From NCBI GenBank assembly GCA_963662405.2, contig CAXXKT010000001.1:1120001-1184000 (forward strand): DNA of 64,000 nt, written 5' to 3'. Shown one piece after another: positions 28,005 to 38,959 of the stretch. The position numbers were made by a program, and so were the translations under genes. The notes beneath the pieces were generated by a model. That model had not been told where the DNA came from. It was given only the letters and a program-made list of their open reading frames with translations, and made no database searches. The DNA is from Syntrophales bacterium. Its GTDB lineage: Bacteria; Desulfobacterota; Syntrophia; Syntrophales; UBA2210. Each line of letters opens with the position of its first letter. Position 1 is the first letter of the stretch.

Positions 28005-29393
28005 ATGGCCACTATAAAACCAATGGAAAAGAAGACCGTTCTGGTCGTTGATGATGAAAAGAGTATGCGATTGGTTTTGTCCGCCATGCTCAAAAAGGAA
28101 GGGTACGGAGTTGCGACCGCCGCGGATGGCTTCGAGGGGCTCGATCTCCTCAAGAAGACCGATGTCTCTGTTGTTATCACCGATCTGAAGATGCCCCGGC
28201 TTGGGGGTATCGGTCTTTTGAACCGCGTCGTCGATAAATATCCCGCCCTGCCGGTGATCATTGTCACCGCCCACGGGACCATATCCAATGCCGTGGAAGC
28301 GGTCAAGAAGGGGGCCTTCGACTACATCACCAAGCCCTTCGACCAGGAAGATCTGAAGAACGTGATAGCCAAGGCGGTCAAGACCAAATCATTCAATGAC
28401 CGCGAACTGGTGTTTGATTCCCGGGACGATGATCAGTATGCCATTATCGGGACCAGCGGACCGATGCGGGAGATATTCGATATCATCAAAACGGTCGCAC
28501 CGACCCCGACGACCATATTGATCAACGGGGAGACGGGGACGGGGAAGGAACTCGTCGCCCGGGCGATCCATGAGAACAGTCCACGGAAGGATCATCCCTT
28601 CATCAAGATCAACTGTGCGGCGATCCCTGAAAATTTGATGGAGAGCGAGCTGTTCGGATACGAGAAGGGGGCCTTTACCGGGGCAGCCAACAGGAAACTC
28701 GGGAGATTCGAACAGGCCGACACGGGGACGCTCTTTCTCGATGAGATCGGTGACCTGCCGAAGGACATGCAGGCAAAGCTTCTCCGGACGATCCAGGACC
28801 GGGAGTTCGAGCGGGTCGGAGGGGTGCAGACTATCAAGGTCGATGTCAGGCTTATTGCCGCGACGAACAGGGATCTCATTCAGGACGTGCAGGACAAACA
28901 CTTCCGGGAGGATCTTTACTATCGGATTAATGTCCTGCCGATTATCCTCCCGGCCCTTCGGGAGAGGAAGGGCGATGTCCCGCTTCTCGTCGATCATTTC
29001 ATCGATAAATTCAACAGGAAGTTGAATCGGCACGTGCGGCGGGTCGAACCCGCGGTGGAACAGTTTTTTTGCGAGTATGACTGGCCCGGCAACATCAGGG
29101 AGATGGAGAATCTTTTGGAAAGGCTCATCCTTCTGGCAAACGATGATACCGTGCGGTACGGACAGCTCCCCACCGATATGTTTACCCCCTCTTCCGATGA
29201 TGTGATCACGCCCGAGTTGAAGCAGGGGTCTATCAAGGATATCGTCAAGGGACAGGCCGAGGCGGTGGAGAGTCATATCATCGCACGGGTACTCGACCAA
29301 TGCGGCAAGAATGTGACGCGGGCGGCCGATCGATTGGGGATCAGTCGCAAGGGGCTGCAATTGAAGATGATCAAATACGGGTTGAGAAAATAA
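28005..29393 (+). CDS. Sigma54-dependent response regulator (NtrC/AtoC family)
   Basis: REC domain (VVDDE, DLKMP), GETGTGKE, GAFTGA and C-terminal HTH. Alternative start at 28023. Confidence 0.93.
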   Translation: MATIKPMEKKTVLVVDDEKSMRLVLSAMLKKEGYGVATAADGFEGLDLLKKTDVSVVITDLKMPRLGGIGLLNRVVDKYPALPVIIVTAHGTISNAVEAVKKGAFDYITKPFDQEDLKNVIAKAVKTKSFNDRELVFDSRDDDQYAIIGTSGPMREIFDIIKTVAPTPTTILINGETGTGKELVARAIHENSPRKDHPFIKINCAAIPENLMESELFGYEKGAFTGAANRKLGRFEQADTGTLFLDEIGDLPKDMQAKLLRTIQDREFERVGGVQTIKVDVRLIAATNRDLIQDVQDKHFREDLYYRINVLPIILPALRERKGDVPLLVDHFIDKFNRKLNRHVRRVEPAVEQFFCEYDWPGNIREMENLLERLILLANDDTVRYGQLPTDMFTPSSDDVITPELKQGSIKDIVKGQAEAVESHIIARVLDQCGKNVTRAADRLGISRKGLQLKMIKYGLRK

Positions 29394-29429
29394 CAACCAA
29401 GACACTCATATCGAATCTGGAGGTTCATC

Positions 29430-30437
29430 ATGTCTGTAAAAGTAGCTATCAATGGGTTTGGAAGGATAGGGAGATTTCTCGTCAGGGCCTGTCTGGAGAG
29501 GGATGATATCGAAATCGTTGCGATCAATACGCGGGCGGAGACAGCGACCCTTGCGCATCTCCTGAAGTACGACTCCGTGCATGGGAAGATTCATGCCGAT
29601 GTCACCGCGGATGGACAGTCTCTTGTCGTCGGGGGAAGGCGGATACAGGTCACAAACGCCACCGGCGATATGGAGAAGCTCCCCTGGAAGGAGCTGGGTG
29701 TCGATATCGTCATGGAGTCCACCGGAAAATTTCGGACGCGAGATGAGGCGGCCGTCCACCTCAGGGCCGGCGCGAAGAAGGTCATTATCGCGGCCCCCGG
29801 AAAGGGAGTCGATGGGACCTTTGTCATGGGGGTCAACGAAGAGACGTACGACCCGCAAAAACATGATGTCATATCGAATGCATCCTGCACGACCAACTGC
29901 CTCGCCCCGGTTGCCATGGTGTTGCAGGACACCTTTTCCATCGTCAAGGGGCTGATGACGACCGTCCACTCATATACGATGGATCAGCGGCTTCTCGACG
30001 GGTCGCACAAAGACCTGCGGAGGGCCCGGGCCGCCGCCATGTCCATCGTGCCGACCTCCACGGGAGCGGCGAAGGCAGTTGCCGAGGTTATCCCCGCACT
30101 CACGGGGAAGCTGGACGGGCTAGCGCTCAGGGTCCCGACACCGAATGTATCCCTCGTCGATCTCACGGTGGCGGTCGAAAAGGCGACTACGGCGGAGGAA
30201 GTCAACGCCGCGCTAAAGACCGCGGCCGAGGGGAAACTCAAGGGGATTATGGCGTTTTGTGAAGAAGAACTGGTCTCCGTCGATTTTACCTCCGACCCCC
30301 ATTCCTCCCTGGTGGATGCACCCCTTACAAAGGTAATCGGGGAGAACCTCGTCAAGGTCTTTTCGTGGTATGACAACGAAAGCGGTTACGCCTCCCGGAT
30401 GGTAGACCTTGCCATCTATATCGGTAAGGCACTATAA
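29430..30437 (+). CDS. gap: Glyceraldehyde-3-phosphate dehydrogenase (type I)
   Basis: [21 protein letters not shown] and WYDNE. Confidence 0.97.
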   Translation: MSVKVAINGFGRIGRFLVRACLERDDIEIVAINTRAETATLAHLLKYDSVHGKIHADVTADGQSLVVGGRRIQVTNATGDMEKLPWKELGVDIVMESTGKFRTRDEAAVHLRAGAKKVIIAAPGKGVDGTFVMGVNEETYDPQKHDVISNASCTTNCLAPVAMVLQDTFSIVKGLMTTVHSYTMDQRLLDGSHKDLRRARAAAMSIVPTSTGAAKAVAEVIPALTGKLDGLALRVPTPNVSLVDLTVAVEKATTAEEVNAALKTAAEGKLKGIMAFCEEELVSVDFTSDPHSSLVDAPLTKVIGENLVKVFSWYDNESGYASRMVDLAIYIGKAL

Positions 30438-30467
30438 CCGACGAAAGACGCAGAGAGGTTAAAAAAC

Positions 30468-31214
30468 ATGATACGGCCAATGATAGCCGCGAACTGGAAG
30501 ATGCACAAAACCGCCACCGAGGCGGTGATGCTGGCGAGAGCATTGAAGGAAGCCTTCCCCGATCCGGGGGACCGTGATATTGTCATTGCCCCCCCCTTTA
30601 CGGCGCTGGGTGCCGTCGGAGCGATCCTGAAGGAGGCCCCGGTGCTTCTGGCGGCCCAAAACATGTACTGGGAGGAGAAAGGGGCCTATACCGGGGAGAT
30701 CGCTCCCGCCATGCTGATCGATGCCGGCTGTGACTTTGTCATCCTGGGGCATTCGGAGCGGCGTACCCTCTTCGGAGAGACCGACGAGATGGTTAACCGG
30801 AAGGTGCGCGCGGCATTGAAGGCCGGCCTGAGGCCCATATTCTGTATTGGGGAGACCCTTGAACAGCGAAAAACAGGGGTGACCTTTGGGATCCTCGAAC
30901 AACAGATAAAAGAAGGATTGAATAATGTAGATTCTGGTGATATAAGGCAGATTGCTGTCGCATATGAGCCCGTCTGGGCGATCGGTACCGGTGAAACGGC
31001 GAGGCCCTCCCAAGCACAGGAGGTGCACCGGTTCATCAGGGAGACGGTAATGTCGCTCGGTGGTGAAGAATCCTCGCAGGTGGTTATTATGTATGGGGGG
31101 AGTGTAAACCCCGAAAACATAGGTCCCCTGATGGATCAGCCTGACATCAACGGCGCTTTGGTGGGCGGGGCGAGTCTGAAGCTCGAAACATTCGCCGATA
31201 TCATACGATTTTAG
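30468..31214 (+). CDS. tpiA: Triosephosphate isomerase
   Basis: NWKM, GHSERR, AYEPVWAIGTG, YGGSV and LVGGASL. Confidence 0.97.
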   Translation: MIRPMIAANWKMHKTATEAVMLARALKEAFPDPGDRDIVIAPPFTALGAVGAILKEAPVLLAAQNMYWEEKGAYTGEIAPAMLIDAGCDFVILGHSERRTLFGETDEMVNRKVRAALKAGLRPIFCIGETLEQRKTGVTFGILEQQIKEGLNNVDSGDIRQIAVAYEPVWAIGTGETARPSQAQEVHRFIRETVMSLGGEESSQVVIMYGGSVNPENIGPLMDQPDINGALVGGASLKLETFADIIRF

Positions 31215-31236
31215 AGAAACAAGGAGACAAGACATA

Positions 31237-31596
31237 GTGCATACGGCTGTAGTGATTTTTCATATTGTAATGTGCATCGGGATGATTCTCATCGTCCTGT
31301 TGCAGACCGGTAAGGGGGCGGACATGGGGGCTGCATTCGGCGGCTCCAGCCAGACCGTCTTCGGGAGCAGTGGACCGGGTACGTTTCTCGGAAAGCTGAC
31401 CACGGGCGTCGCGATATGCTTCATGCTGACATCCCTCTGGCTTGCCTACTCATCGACCCATAAGACGAGTTCCATAATGGAGGGTGTATCCCCGGCCGCA
31501 GTCGAACGGACTGTCCCAACAGATCAAGGAGACAACGCCGCGGCAGGGGACGTAGCGGTGCCAGCACCGGAGCCGGTAAAAAAAGCAGCTGAGTGA
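31237..31596 (+). CDS. secG: Preprotein translocase subunit SecG
   Basis: VLLQTGKGADMGAAFGG...FL.KLT; conserved tpiA-secG-tRNA-Leu synteny. Confidence 0.95.
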   Translation: MHTAVVIFHIVMCIGMILIVLLQTGKGADMGAAFGGSSQTVFGSSGPGTFLGKLTTGVAICFMLTSLWLAYSSTHKTSSIMEGVSPAAVERTVPTDQGDNAAAGDVAVPAPEPVKKAAE

Positions 31597-31604
31597 TTTT
31601 TATA

Positions 31605-31633
31605 TTGACAAATCCGGAGAAAAAAATTAGGTT
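31605..31633 (+). promoter_or_regulatory. Sigma70 promoter of tRNA-Leu
   Basis: TTGACA-17 nt-TAGGTT, ending 10 nt before the tRNA. Confidence 0.6.
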
Positions 31634-31643
31634 CCGGCCGAAT

Positions 31644-31730
31644 GCCGAAGTGGTGGAATATGGTAGACACGCTATCTTGAGGGGGTAGTGGCTTACGGCC
31701 GTCCCGGTTCAAGTCCGGGCTTCGGCACCA
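31644..31730 (+). tRNA. tRNA-Leu (GAG anticodon)
   Basis: Acceptor stem GCCGAAG/CTTCGGC plus ACCA; anticodon arm CTATC-TTGAGGG-GGTAG; long variable arm; GTTCAAGTC T-loop. Confidence 0.96.
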
Positions 31731-31736
31731 TGGATT

Positions 31737-31777
31737 GAAGGGGTTGGTTTTGAACCAGCCCCTTTTTTTCTTTTTTC
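31737..31777 (+). terminator. Rho-independent terminator after tRNA-Leu
   Basis: GAAGGGGTTGGTTT-TG-AACCAGCCCCTTT followed by a long T-tract. Confidence 0.85.
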
Positions 31778-32165
31778 AGGAGGCACAGTTGAAATGTAAA
31801 CAGCTGCCTGTTTACAACACAAACCGGGCCACCGGTAGAACAACCAACTCCAAAGCAGAACAATATATTTGATTTTCTTGTTGAAACCGGATCGATGGGT
31901 GGGATCCTGTCCCGGCAGTTTCCCCGGTTCCTAACAACATGCCAGGGCCACGACACGCCGCAGGTACGGGTCTCGAGGCAAATCATACCACCCATCAAGG
32001 AAGGAAACCGATCAGTTTCCTTTGATAGTGAACCAAAGATAGGAAGATGCGCAACGATGGTGCCGGGCAAGTCACCACCACCATCGCTGTGCACGTACGT
32101 ACGCGAAGGTTCACACCACCATTCGTTACAACGACGGTGTGATTAGAACAGCAACCCTCGCATGG

Positions 32166-32375
32166 TTACGACGACATGCCACCCTTCATCGTCCTCTCGA
32201 ATCCAGGCATCTTCTGGGCCGGCCTCAACTTCAGATACACAACTCCCCCCAGGGCAACGAAGAATCCGACGACATTCAGCCATGGAGACCATGCGGTTAC
32301 CATCATACAGAATGATACACCAACCAAAATAGTCACAATGGCTGCACCACCCTTAAGATCTCCTCTCATCTTCAT
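32166..32375 (-). CDS. Small (69 aa) two-TM membrane protein
   Basis: Strong AAGGAGGA RBS before ATG 32375; two hydrophobic segments. Confidence 0.6.
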   Translation of the reverse strand: MKMRGDLKGGAAIVTILVGVSFCMMVTAWSPWLNVVGFFVALGGVVYLKLRPAQKMPGFERTMKGGMSS

Positions 32376-32822
32376 GGTGTGTTCCTCCTTTTTGTATTGT
32401 TTCCCCCATACAATTCTGTATAGCGAAATATGAAACATACAAGCAAAAACGTTTGAGAATGGTGGAACTATTTCAAATAGAGAAAGAAGAGCAGAGAGTG
32501 GCAAATCAAAGGACAACCCGCGCCACCAAACCGACCGAGAGGAGCGTGACCGCAGTAAGAATCGAAATGTAATGGGAGCAAAAACACTTCTTATTTCGAG
32601 AAGCTAAACGGTACTGTACGAAGGATCAGTAAAACCACCTTACGGGATTATGCTCTGTTCAAACGTACACACCACCCTTATTACCGAAGATAACCCGATA
32701 ATGATACCTTGTCAAGCACTATTAGGCCGCGAATAGCCTGGCACACCCCTTGTTTGCTATGATTTCCGGTCGCTGTTTCCTGTGGGGGCACTGTCGCGAA
32801 AAGGGCTGTTTTGCCAGGACCC

Positions 32823-33305
32823 TCACCGATAGTCATCGTAGACCCTGACGCGGCTGAGAAAAGGTTCAACTATCAGGGTGAAGTGTCCGTCTTCGCGGGC
32901 AAGATGCAGGATCGTCGGTTGAGCATACCCTTCCTTGAAAAAGGTTATTTCATATTCCCCCTCTGTTGTTACTTCACCTTTGAAACGACAGATATCTTGC
33001 AGCCGAACCTCGCGTGGGAGGTGGTAGACGTGTTTCCGGATATCCTCTATCCCTTCAGGGGTTGCGTCAGCGGGGTATGCGTAGATGATACGGTTATCAA
33101 GGCTCAAGTGAAGGATGTAATCGACCTGGGTACGGATTGCATCGCTTCTCAGCTCACCGGCCTTATTTACCAGATGATTGACTGTTGATGTCAGGTCATC
33201 ATTGAACAGGGTATCACGGACTTTCGGGACGGCGGCGAGGAGCATCAAGCCGACCAGTAAGACCACAACGGTCAGTTCGACGAGGGTAAATCCTTGATTA
33301 TTCAA
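32823..33305 (-). CDS. gspH: Type II secretion minor pseudopilin (GspH-like)
   Basis: Prepilin motif QGFTLVEL plus hydrophobic helix; TTG start overlapping the gspG stop. Confidence 0.75.
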   Translation of the reverse strand: MNNQGFTLVELTVVVLLVGLMLLAAVPKVRDTLFNDDLTSTVNHLVNKAGELRSDAIRTQVDYILHLSLDNRIIYAYPADATPEGIEDIRKHVYHLPREVRLQDICRFKGEVTTEGEYEITFFKEGYAQPTILHLAREDGHFTLIVEPFLSRVRVYDDYR

Positions 33306-33732
33306 TGTCCCAGCTCGTAATGTCACGGTCTTTGCCATCACCCCCCAATTCTCCGTCGGCTCCGTACGATATGATATCGTACTCACCCTTCGCTCCGGGG
33401 GAAAGATAGATATAATCGTTGCTCCAGGGGTCGCGCGGGATCTTTCCCTTTTCAAGATATCCCCCCTCCCGCCATCGCTCGGTTGGTTCCCCTACATCCG
33501 GTGGCTCGACGAGCGCCTGCAGGCCCTGTTCGGTGGTAGGGTAAGATCCGTTGTCCAGTTTGTAGAGTTTAAGAGCCGTTTCCAGGCTCTCGATCTGAAT
33601 GCGTGCCTTCGCCTGCCTCGCCTCGTCCGGGCGGCCCATGATTCGCGGGACGATAAGACCTGCAAGGATGCCAAGAATCACGATGACGACCATCAGTTCG
33701 ATCAGGGTGAATCCTTTTTCGGTGTGTTTCAT
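33298..33732 (-). CDS. gspG: Type II secretion major pseudopilin GspG
   Basis: [30 protein letters not shown]...Y.Y..PG and SYGADG. Confidence 0.95.
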   Translation of the reverse strand: MKHTEKGFTLIELMVVIVILGILAGLIVPRIMGRPDEARQAKARIQIESLETALKLYKLDNGSYPTTEQGLQALVEPPDVGEPTERWREGGYLEKGKIPRDPWSNDYIYLSPGAKGEYDIISYGADGELGGDGKDRDITSWDIE

Positions 33733-33765
33733 GGTTGCTTTCTCCTTATCAGGTGTTGACTCTGT

Positions 33766-34995
33766 TTATCGTATCAGTTGGTTCATCTCAAATATGGGCA
33801 ACAGGATTGCAATAACGATAATACCGACGAACAAGCCCATCACGAGGATCATGACCGGCTCCAGCATTGACGTGATAAGCATGATGCCGGACTCGACTTC
33901 CGTCTCATAACTCGCAGCGATCTTTGCGAGCATCTCCTCCAGCGTTCCACTCTGTTCGCCCATGGCGATCATCTGGAGAGAGAAGGGGGGGAAAAGGGTG
34001 CTTCGAGCCAGTGCGGCGGACAGGCTCTGACCTTCTTGTACATTTTGGGCCGCTTCGTCAACTGCGTCCGCCATCAGGTTGTTGGTCACCACATTTTTGG
34101 CTATGGAAAGCGCCGTCATGAGAGGTACGCCGCTTCGAAGGAGCGTGGCGAGGGTCCGACTCAGGCGTGCCATGGCCATCTTATGGATCATCGGACCGAT
34201 CAGGGGCATCCGGATCTTGACCCGATCCCAGAGGTACTGGCCTTTCCGGGTTTTCCGGATTGCGTACCTGACACCGACGTACAAGGCAATACCGGCCAAG
34301 AGGAGCGCCGGCCAGGAAGACTTCAGGAATTCGCTCAAGGTAATCAGGAAAACCGTTATACCGGGGAGGGTCTGGTGCACCTCGTCGAATATGGTGGTGA
34401 TCTTGGGGACAATAAAGGTGGTCAGGAACAAGAGAACAAGGCTGCCGATAAGAAACATAAACAGGGGATAGGCAAGGGCGGCCTTGACTCGTGCCCTGAG
34501 GGCCTGCTGGTTTTCATTGAAATCGGCCAATCGTTCAAGCACGATGTCCAATGTGCCCGATGCTTCGCCCGCTCGGACCATGTTGATGTAAAAGGGGGAA
34601 AACGTTCTCGGATACTGCGAAAAACTCTGGGCGAGGCTGTTCCCCTCGTTAACCCCCTCCTTGATCTGAGCCAGGATCCTTTTTAACTGCGTGTTGACGG
34701 TTTGGGAAAGAATAGCGATCAGGGCGTTGACGAGAGGTATCCCGGAGCCGAGGAGTGTGGCAAGTTGCCTGGTCATGATGGATATATCGCGCTGGCTGAT
34801 CCGTTTGAATAGGGTGTCAACTGCTTTGGCATGCGGTGCGCCCTGTTTTTCTTCGGGAGTCGTTTCCCTCAGGGTAATGAGATACAGGTCGGTTTCTCTC
34901 AACTTTTGTCGTGCCGCCAAGGTGCTCTCGGCATCCACGATTCCCCGCAATCTTTTGCCCTTGCTGCTCAGGGCATCGTATTCATAAACAGGCAT
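33766..34995 (-). CDS. gspF: Type II secretion inner-membrane protein GspF
   Basis: RQLATLL.SGIPL, AGEASGTL, AL.YP and GEQSGTL...EP; adjacent to gspG. Confidence 0.92.
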   Translation of the reverse strand: MPVYEYDALSSKGKRLRGIVDAESTLAARQKLRETDLYLITLRETTPEEKQGAPHAKAVDTLFKRISQRDISIMTRQLATLLGSGIPLVNALIAILSQTVNTQLKRILAQIKEGVNEGNSLAQSFSQYPRTFSPFYINMVRAGEASGTLDIVLERLADFNENQQALRARVKAALAYPLFMFLIGSLVLLFLTTFIVPKITTIFDEVHQTLPGITVFLITLSEFLKSSWPALLLAGIALYVGVRYAIRKTRKGQYLWDRVKIRMPLIGPMIHKMAMARLSRTLATLLRSGVPLMTALSIAKNVVTNNLMADAVDEAAQNVQEGQSLSAALARSTLFPPFSLQMIAMGEQSGTLEEMLAKIAASYETEVESGIMLITSMLEPVMILVMGLFVGIIVIAILLPIFEMNQLIR

Positions 34996-35130
34996 GTGAG
35001 AGTATGGTTCCCGTTATCGTGACGTTATGTATGAAAAACTACAGATTTCCCCTTCTATCATATCGATTGTCGTATTTCAATCACGAGAGGGATGATCGTC
35101 TCTCGTGAGGATTGGGCCGCTGCGGTTCCG

Positions 35131-35172
35131 AAAAAGAAGAGGGGCACCTCTCTTCAGAGAGTGCCCCTCTTC
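35131..35172 (-). terminator. Rho-independent terminator of the cold-shock gene
   Basis: GAAGAGGGGCAC(C)TCTC-TTCA-GAGAGTGCCCCTCTTC, with A5 on the left (U-tract on the minus strand). Confidence 0.8.
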
Positions 35173-35189
35173 ATCGCATGATATCTTCT

Positions 35190-35393
35190 TTACAGAGGAA
35201 CCACGTTTGTTGCCGATAGTCCTTTCGCGCCGTCTTCGACATCAAAGCTGACGCGTTGTCCCTCATGTAAGGTCTTGAATCCATCTCCCCGTATTGCGCT
35301 GAAGTGGACAAAGACATCATCCCCGCCGTCGTTGTTTTCGATAAAGCCAAACCCCTTTTTCTCATTAAACCACTTTACTGTACCTTCTGCCAC
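35190..35393 (-). CDS. Cold-shock protein (CspA family)
   Basis: [15 protein letters not shown] (RNP1) and DVFVHFSAI (RNP2); GTG start. Confidence 0.95.
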   Translation of the reverse strand: MAEGTVKWFNEKKGFGFIENNDGGDDVFVHFSAIRGDGFKTLHEGQRVSFDVEDGAKGLSATNVVPL

Positions 35394-35513
35394 TTCCTCT
35401 ACCCCCTCTCATTTCTAATGATACTCAACAGGCTACCCCCTGCCGATCCCCTACGCACTTATTATTGTTGTTCCTTCAAGTCAAGAACTTTTCTGTAAAA
35501 ACGACAGGTGAGG

Positions 35514-36572
35514 CTACAATTCGCCTCGCAATTGGGCAAATTCCCTGAGCAATTTCTCCTCTTTTCTGCTCAGGCTTGTCGGCATCTCAATCATGGCTTG
35601 AACCAGTTGGTCCCCCCTCCCGAACCCCCGAACATGGGGTATTCCTTTTCCTTTCAGTTTAAAAATCTTTCCGTGAGGGGTGTGTTTGGGTATCTTGATC
35701 CGTTCCGTGCCTTCCAATGTGGAGACCTCAATATTTCCGCCGAGGATCGCCCGAGTCATGGGGATGGTCACGCGACAGACAATATCGTTTCCATCCCTCT
35801 CGAAGAAATCATGAGGTTCAATATACAGAAAGACATACAAGTCTCCCCGAGGACCTCCGAAAGTCCCCTCTTCTCCCTCGCCGCGGAGTCTCAACCGTGA
35901 TCCGGTCTCCACCCCGGGTGGTATCTTCAATTGGATGTTTTTGTTCAGTTTGACTTTCCCGGTCCCGCGGCACGCCTTGCAGGGATCCTCAATGACTTGA
36001 CCGGCTCCGTGGCACTGGGGACAGGTGGAACTGACACTGAAAAAGCCGCTTGATTTGGTTACCTGTCCCGAGCCCCGGCACGTCGGGCATACCGATGGTT
36101 GTGTCCCGGGTGTGGCACCCGTACCCCCGCATGTTGTACACCCTTCGAATCGCTCAATCTCTATCTCCGGAGATGCCCCGAAGGCCGCATCCATGAAGGA
36201 AATTTTCAGGTCGTACCGAAGGTCGGCTCCGGGCCGGGGTGCCCTTCGTGATTGCCCCCTGCCGGTTTCAAATCCGAAAATCCCTTCGAAGATATCACCA
36301 AAGCTCGAAAAAATGTCCTCGAATCCTGAAAACCCTTGGAAACCGTTTCCCCGCAAACCTTCCTGGCCGTATCGATCATAGATTTCTCTTTTCCTCGTAT
36401 CGGACAAGACTTCGTATGCCTCGGCCGCCTCTTTGAATTTTTCCTCGGCCGCCTTATCCCCCGGATTTCGGTCCGGGTGGTATTTCATGGCCATCTTGCG
36501 GTAAGAGGCCTTGAGCTCGTCGGGTGAGGCATTTCGGTCTACACCAAGGGTTGCATAGTAATCATTCTTCAT
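35514..36572 (-). CDS. dnaJ: Molecular chaperone DnaJ
   Basis: J-domain HPD, G/F-rich region and four CXXCXGXG repeats. Confidence 0.96.
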   Translation of the reverse strand: MKNDYYATLGVDRNASPDELKASYRKMAMKYHPDRNPGDKAAEEKFKEAAEAYEVLSDTRKREIYDRYGQEGLRGNGFQGFSGFEDIFSSFGDIFEGIFGFETGRGQSRRAPRPGADLRYDLKISFMDAAFGASPEIEIERFEGCTTCGGTGATPGTQPSVCPTCRGSGQVTKSSGFFSVSSTCPQCHGAGQVIEDPCKACRGTGKVKLNKNIQLKIPPGVETGSRLRLRGEGEEGTFGGPRGDLYVFLYIEPHDFFERDGNDIVCRVTIPMTRAILGGNIEVSTLEGTERIKIPKHTPHGKIFKLKGKGIPHVRGFGRGDQLVQAMIEMPTSLSRKEEKLLREFAQLRGEL

Positions 36573-36703
36573 GGATCTACTGTATGGATTCCCGTTCGAT
36601 AGGAAAATTTACTGTTCGCACGGACCTGTGATGGAATATACGAACGGCAGATGTAAAATAGTAACTGTCCGGCACCATGTCAAGAGGAGTTCCGGGAAAA
36701 GTC

Positions 36704-37588
36704 TTAGCCGACAATACGCCGGAGGGCTTCTTGGTATTTTGCCGCCGTCCCCGCGATGACATCCGTGGGGAGAGGGGGGGCGGGAGGTTTCCTGTCCCAG
36801 GACAGGGAGAGGAGATAGTCTCTCAGAAACTGTTTGTCGAAGCTTTTCTGTGAGCGTCCTTCCTCGAAGTCGTCATCAGGCCAGAATCGTGACGAGTCGG
36901 GCGTAAGGAGTTCATCGATCAGGATCAGTTCACCGTCCACGGTGCCGAATTCCATCTTGGTATCGGCAATGATGATGCCTCCCTTCGCGGCAATATCTCG
37001 TGCTCGTGCATAGATCCTCATGCTGATATCGATGACCCGCTCCGTCATCTCACGGCCGATCAGGTCCTCCATCTCAGCTCGTGTCATGGGGGCATCATGT
37101 TCCCCCGCCTCGGCCTTGGTCGAGGGAGTGAAGATGGGTTCCGCCAGTCGCGCCGATTCTTTCAACCCGGCGGGGAGGCTCACCCCGGAGACGCTCCCCT
37201 CTGTGCAGTAATCCTTCCACCCCGACCCGCTGAGATAGCCTCGGACCACGCACTCCACCGGAAGGGCGGTCGCTTTCTTGACCAGCATGCTCCTTCCCTC
37301 CAGTATCTTCGCATACGGGGCACAGGCTGCGGGGAACGCGTTCACGTCGGTGGTGATCAGGTGATTCGTGATGACATCCTCCATCTTGCGGAACCAGAAG
37401 ACGGACATCTGCGTCAGGATTTTCCCCTTCCCAGGGATGGCATCTCCCATAATGACATCAAAGGCGGATATCCTGTCCGTTGTTACAATGAGGAGGCGGT
37501 TTTCCACTTCATAGACGTCCCGGACCTTTCCCCTGCTGAAGAATGGCAATCCATCAAGATTCGTTGTGGTCACGGCATAATTTTCCAT
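36704..37588 (-). CDS. purC: SAICAR synthetase
   Basis: [48 protein letters not shown] and [10 protein letters not shown]. Confidence 0.96.
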   Translation of the reverse strand: MENYAVTTTNLDGLPFFSRGKVRDVYEVENRLLIVTTDRISAFDVIMGDAIPGKGKILTQMSVFWFRKMEDVITNHLITTDVNAFPAACAPYAKILEGRSMLVKKATALPVECVVRGYLSGSGWKDYCTEGSVSGVSLPAGLKESARLAEPIFTPSTKAEAGEHDAPMTRAEMEDLIGREMTERVIDISMRIYARARDIAAKGGIIIADTKMEFGTVDGELILIDELLTPDSSRFWPDDDFEEGRSQKSFDKQFLRDYLLSLSWDRKPPAPPLPTDVIAGTAAKYQEALRRIVG

Positions 37589-37599
37589 GGTTTCCCCTC

Positions 37600-38229
37600 T
37601 TATCTCAGAAACGGGTTGTTGACCCGTTCGTTGTGTATAGTGGATGTGGGTGTCCTCCCGTAGTTGTGCCCCGGCAGGACAACGGTATCGTCGGGGAGGG
37701 TCAGGAGCCGCTGTGTTATCGAGGCGTGCATGACTTCCCACGATGCACCGGGAAGATCCGTCCTTCCCAGGCCTTCGACAAAGAGGGTATCGCCGGTGAA
37801 GACATACCCGGGGGTATAGAGCGCCATTCCGCCGGGGGAATGACCGGGCGTGTGTATGACGTCTAACCCCACGGAACCGACCGTAATACGATCACCGTCC
37901 ACGACGGTTCGGTCCGCCGGGGGAGATGCCTTGCCCCCGAACATGCGCAGCATCATGGGTGGCGTGGAGAGAAGCATATCGGCATCATCGCGGTGGATGA
38001 TGAGTTCCGCCCCCGTCCGCTCTTTCATGTCGGCGTTCCCGGAGGTATGGTCAACATGGCCGTGGGTATTGACGATATATTTGATGGTGAGCCCGGCAGC
38101 GTCTGCCTCCGACAGGATACGATCGGTATCCGCGGCGGGATCGATCACCAATCCCTCTCCCGCTGCCTGGTCACCCACGATATAGGCGAATACCGCCATA
38201 TGTCCCACCTGCATCTGTTTGACAACCAT
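37600..38229 (-). CDS. MBL-fold metallo-hydrolase (glyoxalase II-like)
   Basis: [22 protein letters not shown] and PGH. Confidence 0.92.
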   Translation of the reverse strand: MVVKQMQVGHMAVFAYIVGDQAAGEGLVIDPAADTDRILSEADAAGLTIKYIVNTHGHVDHTSGNADMKERTGAELIIHRDDADMLLSTPPMMLRMFGGKASPPADRTVVDGDRITVGSVGLDVIHTPGHSPGGMALYTPGYVFTGDTLFVEGLGRTDLPGASWEVMHASITQRLLTLPDDTVVLPGHNYGRTPTSTIHNERVNNPFLR

Positions 38230-38359
38230 GTGGAGCGATTCCTCCCGATCCTTCGACTAAAGGGTTTTGCTATATGCTTTTTGATATAAAGTCAATCTTT
38301 TTCAGGCATTCGTTCGTCGGCGGTCGCAAGGTCCCGACGAAAAGAGATTTCTTTTTTCA

Positions 38360-38959
38360 TCATTCACCCGATTCCCGGGCAAGCTCTCCCCGCAGGTCGA
38401 TTTCGTCGGCCACCTCCCGCATGCCGTTGATCGTGTCTTCGATCAGTTCGCCGATCTCGACACCCAGCATATCGGCACCTTTTTGAATGATCGACCGGTC
38501 TACACCCGCCGCGAATGCAGGAGATTTCCATTTCTTCTTGACCGATTTTACGCTCATGTCCATGACGCTCCGCGAGGGACGCACCATGGCGTTGGCCGTG
38601 ACGAGACCCGTCAGCTCGTCGATGGCGTACAGCGTCTTTTCCAGGGTGCTTTTCGGTTCCACATCCGAGCAGATTCCCCATCCGTGGGACACAACGGCGC
38701 GGATGTATGTCTCCGGCCAGCCGTTTTCCTCCAGAATCTTCCGGGTCATGGTGCAGTGCTGATCGGGAAACTGCTCGTAGTCCAGGTCGTGGACGAGGCC
38801 GATGATCCCCCATTCCTCTTCGTCTTCGCCCCTTTTACGCGCGCAGTGCCGCATGACCCCCTCCACGGCATAGGCGTGCTTGAGCAGGCTGTCGCTCTTG
38901 TTGTACTGGCGCAAAAGCGTAAGGGCATCCTCGCGGGTTGGCCTATATCCTGTTGTCAT
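38360..38959 (-). CDS. HD-domain (HDIG-type) hydrolase
   Basis: KH...VE, GLVHDLDYE, SHG and DELTG...RPS. Confidence 0.85.
   Translation of the reverse strand: MTTGYRPTREDALTLLRQYNKSDSLLKHAYAVEGVMRHCARKRGEDEEEWGIIGLVHDLDYEQFPDQHCTMTRKILEENGWPETYIRAVVSHGWGICSDVEPKSTLEKTLYAIDELTGLVTANAMVRPSRSVMDMSVKSVKKKWKSPAFAAGVDRSIIQKGADMLGVEIGELIEDTINGMREVADEIDLRGELARESGE

Noticed and set aside
28389..29405. 338-aa antisense ORF (similar ones at 19368-20246, 15825-16526, 47306-48163 and 50137-50946)
   Set aside because: Each lies wholly opposite a well-supported gene and has no recognisable protein features.
31644..32800. Integrative element or prophage at tRNA-Leu
   Set aside because: No integrase, and I saw no duplicated tRNA 3' end in the window.
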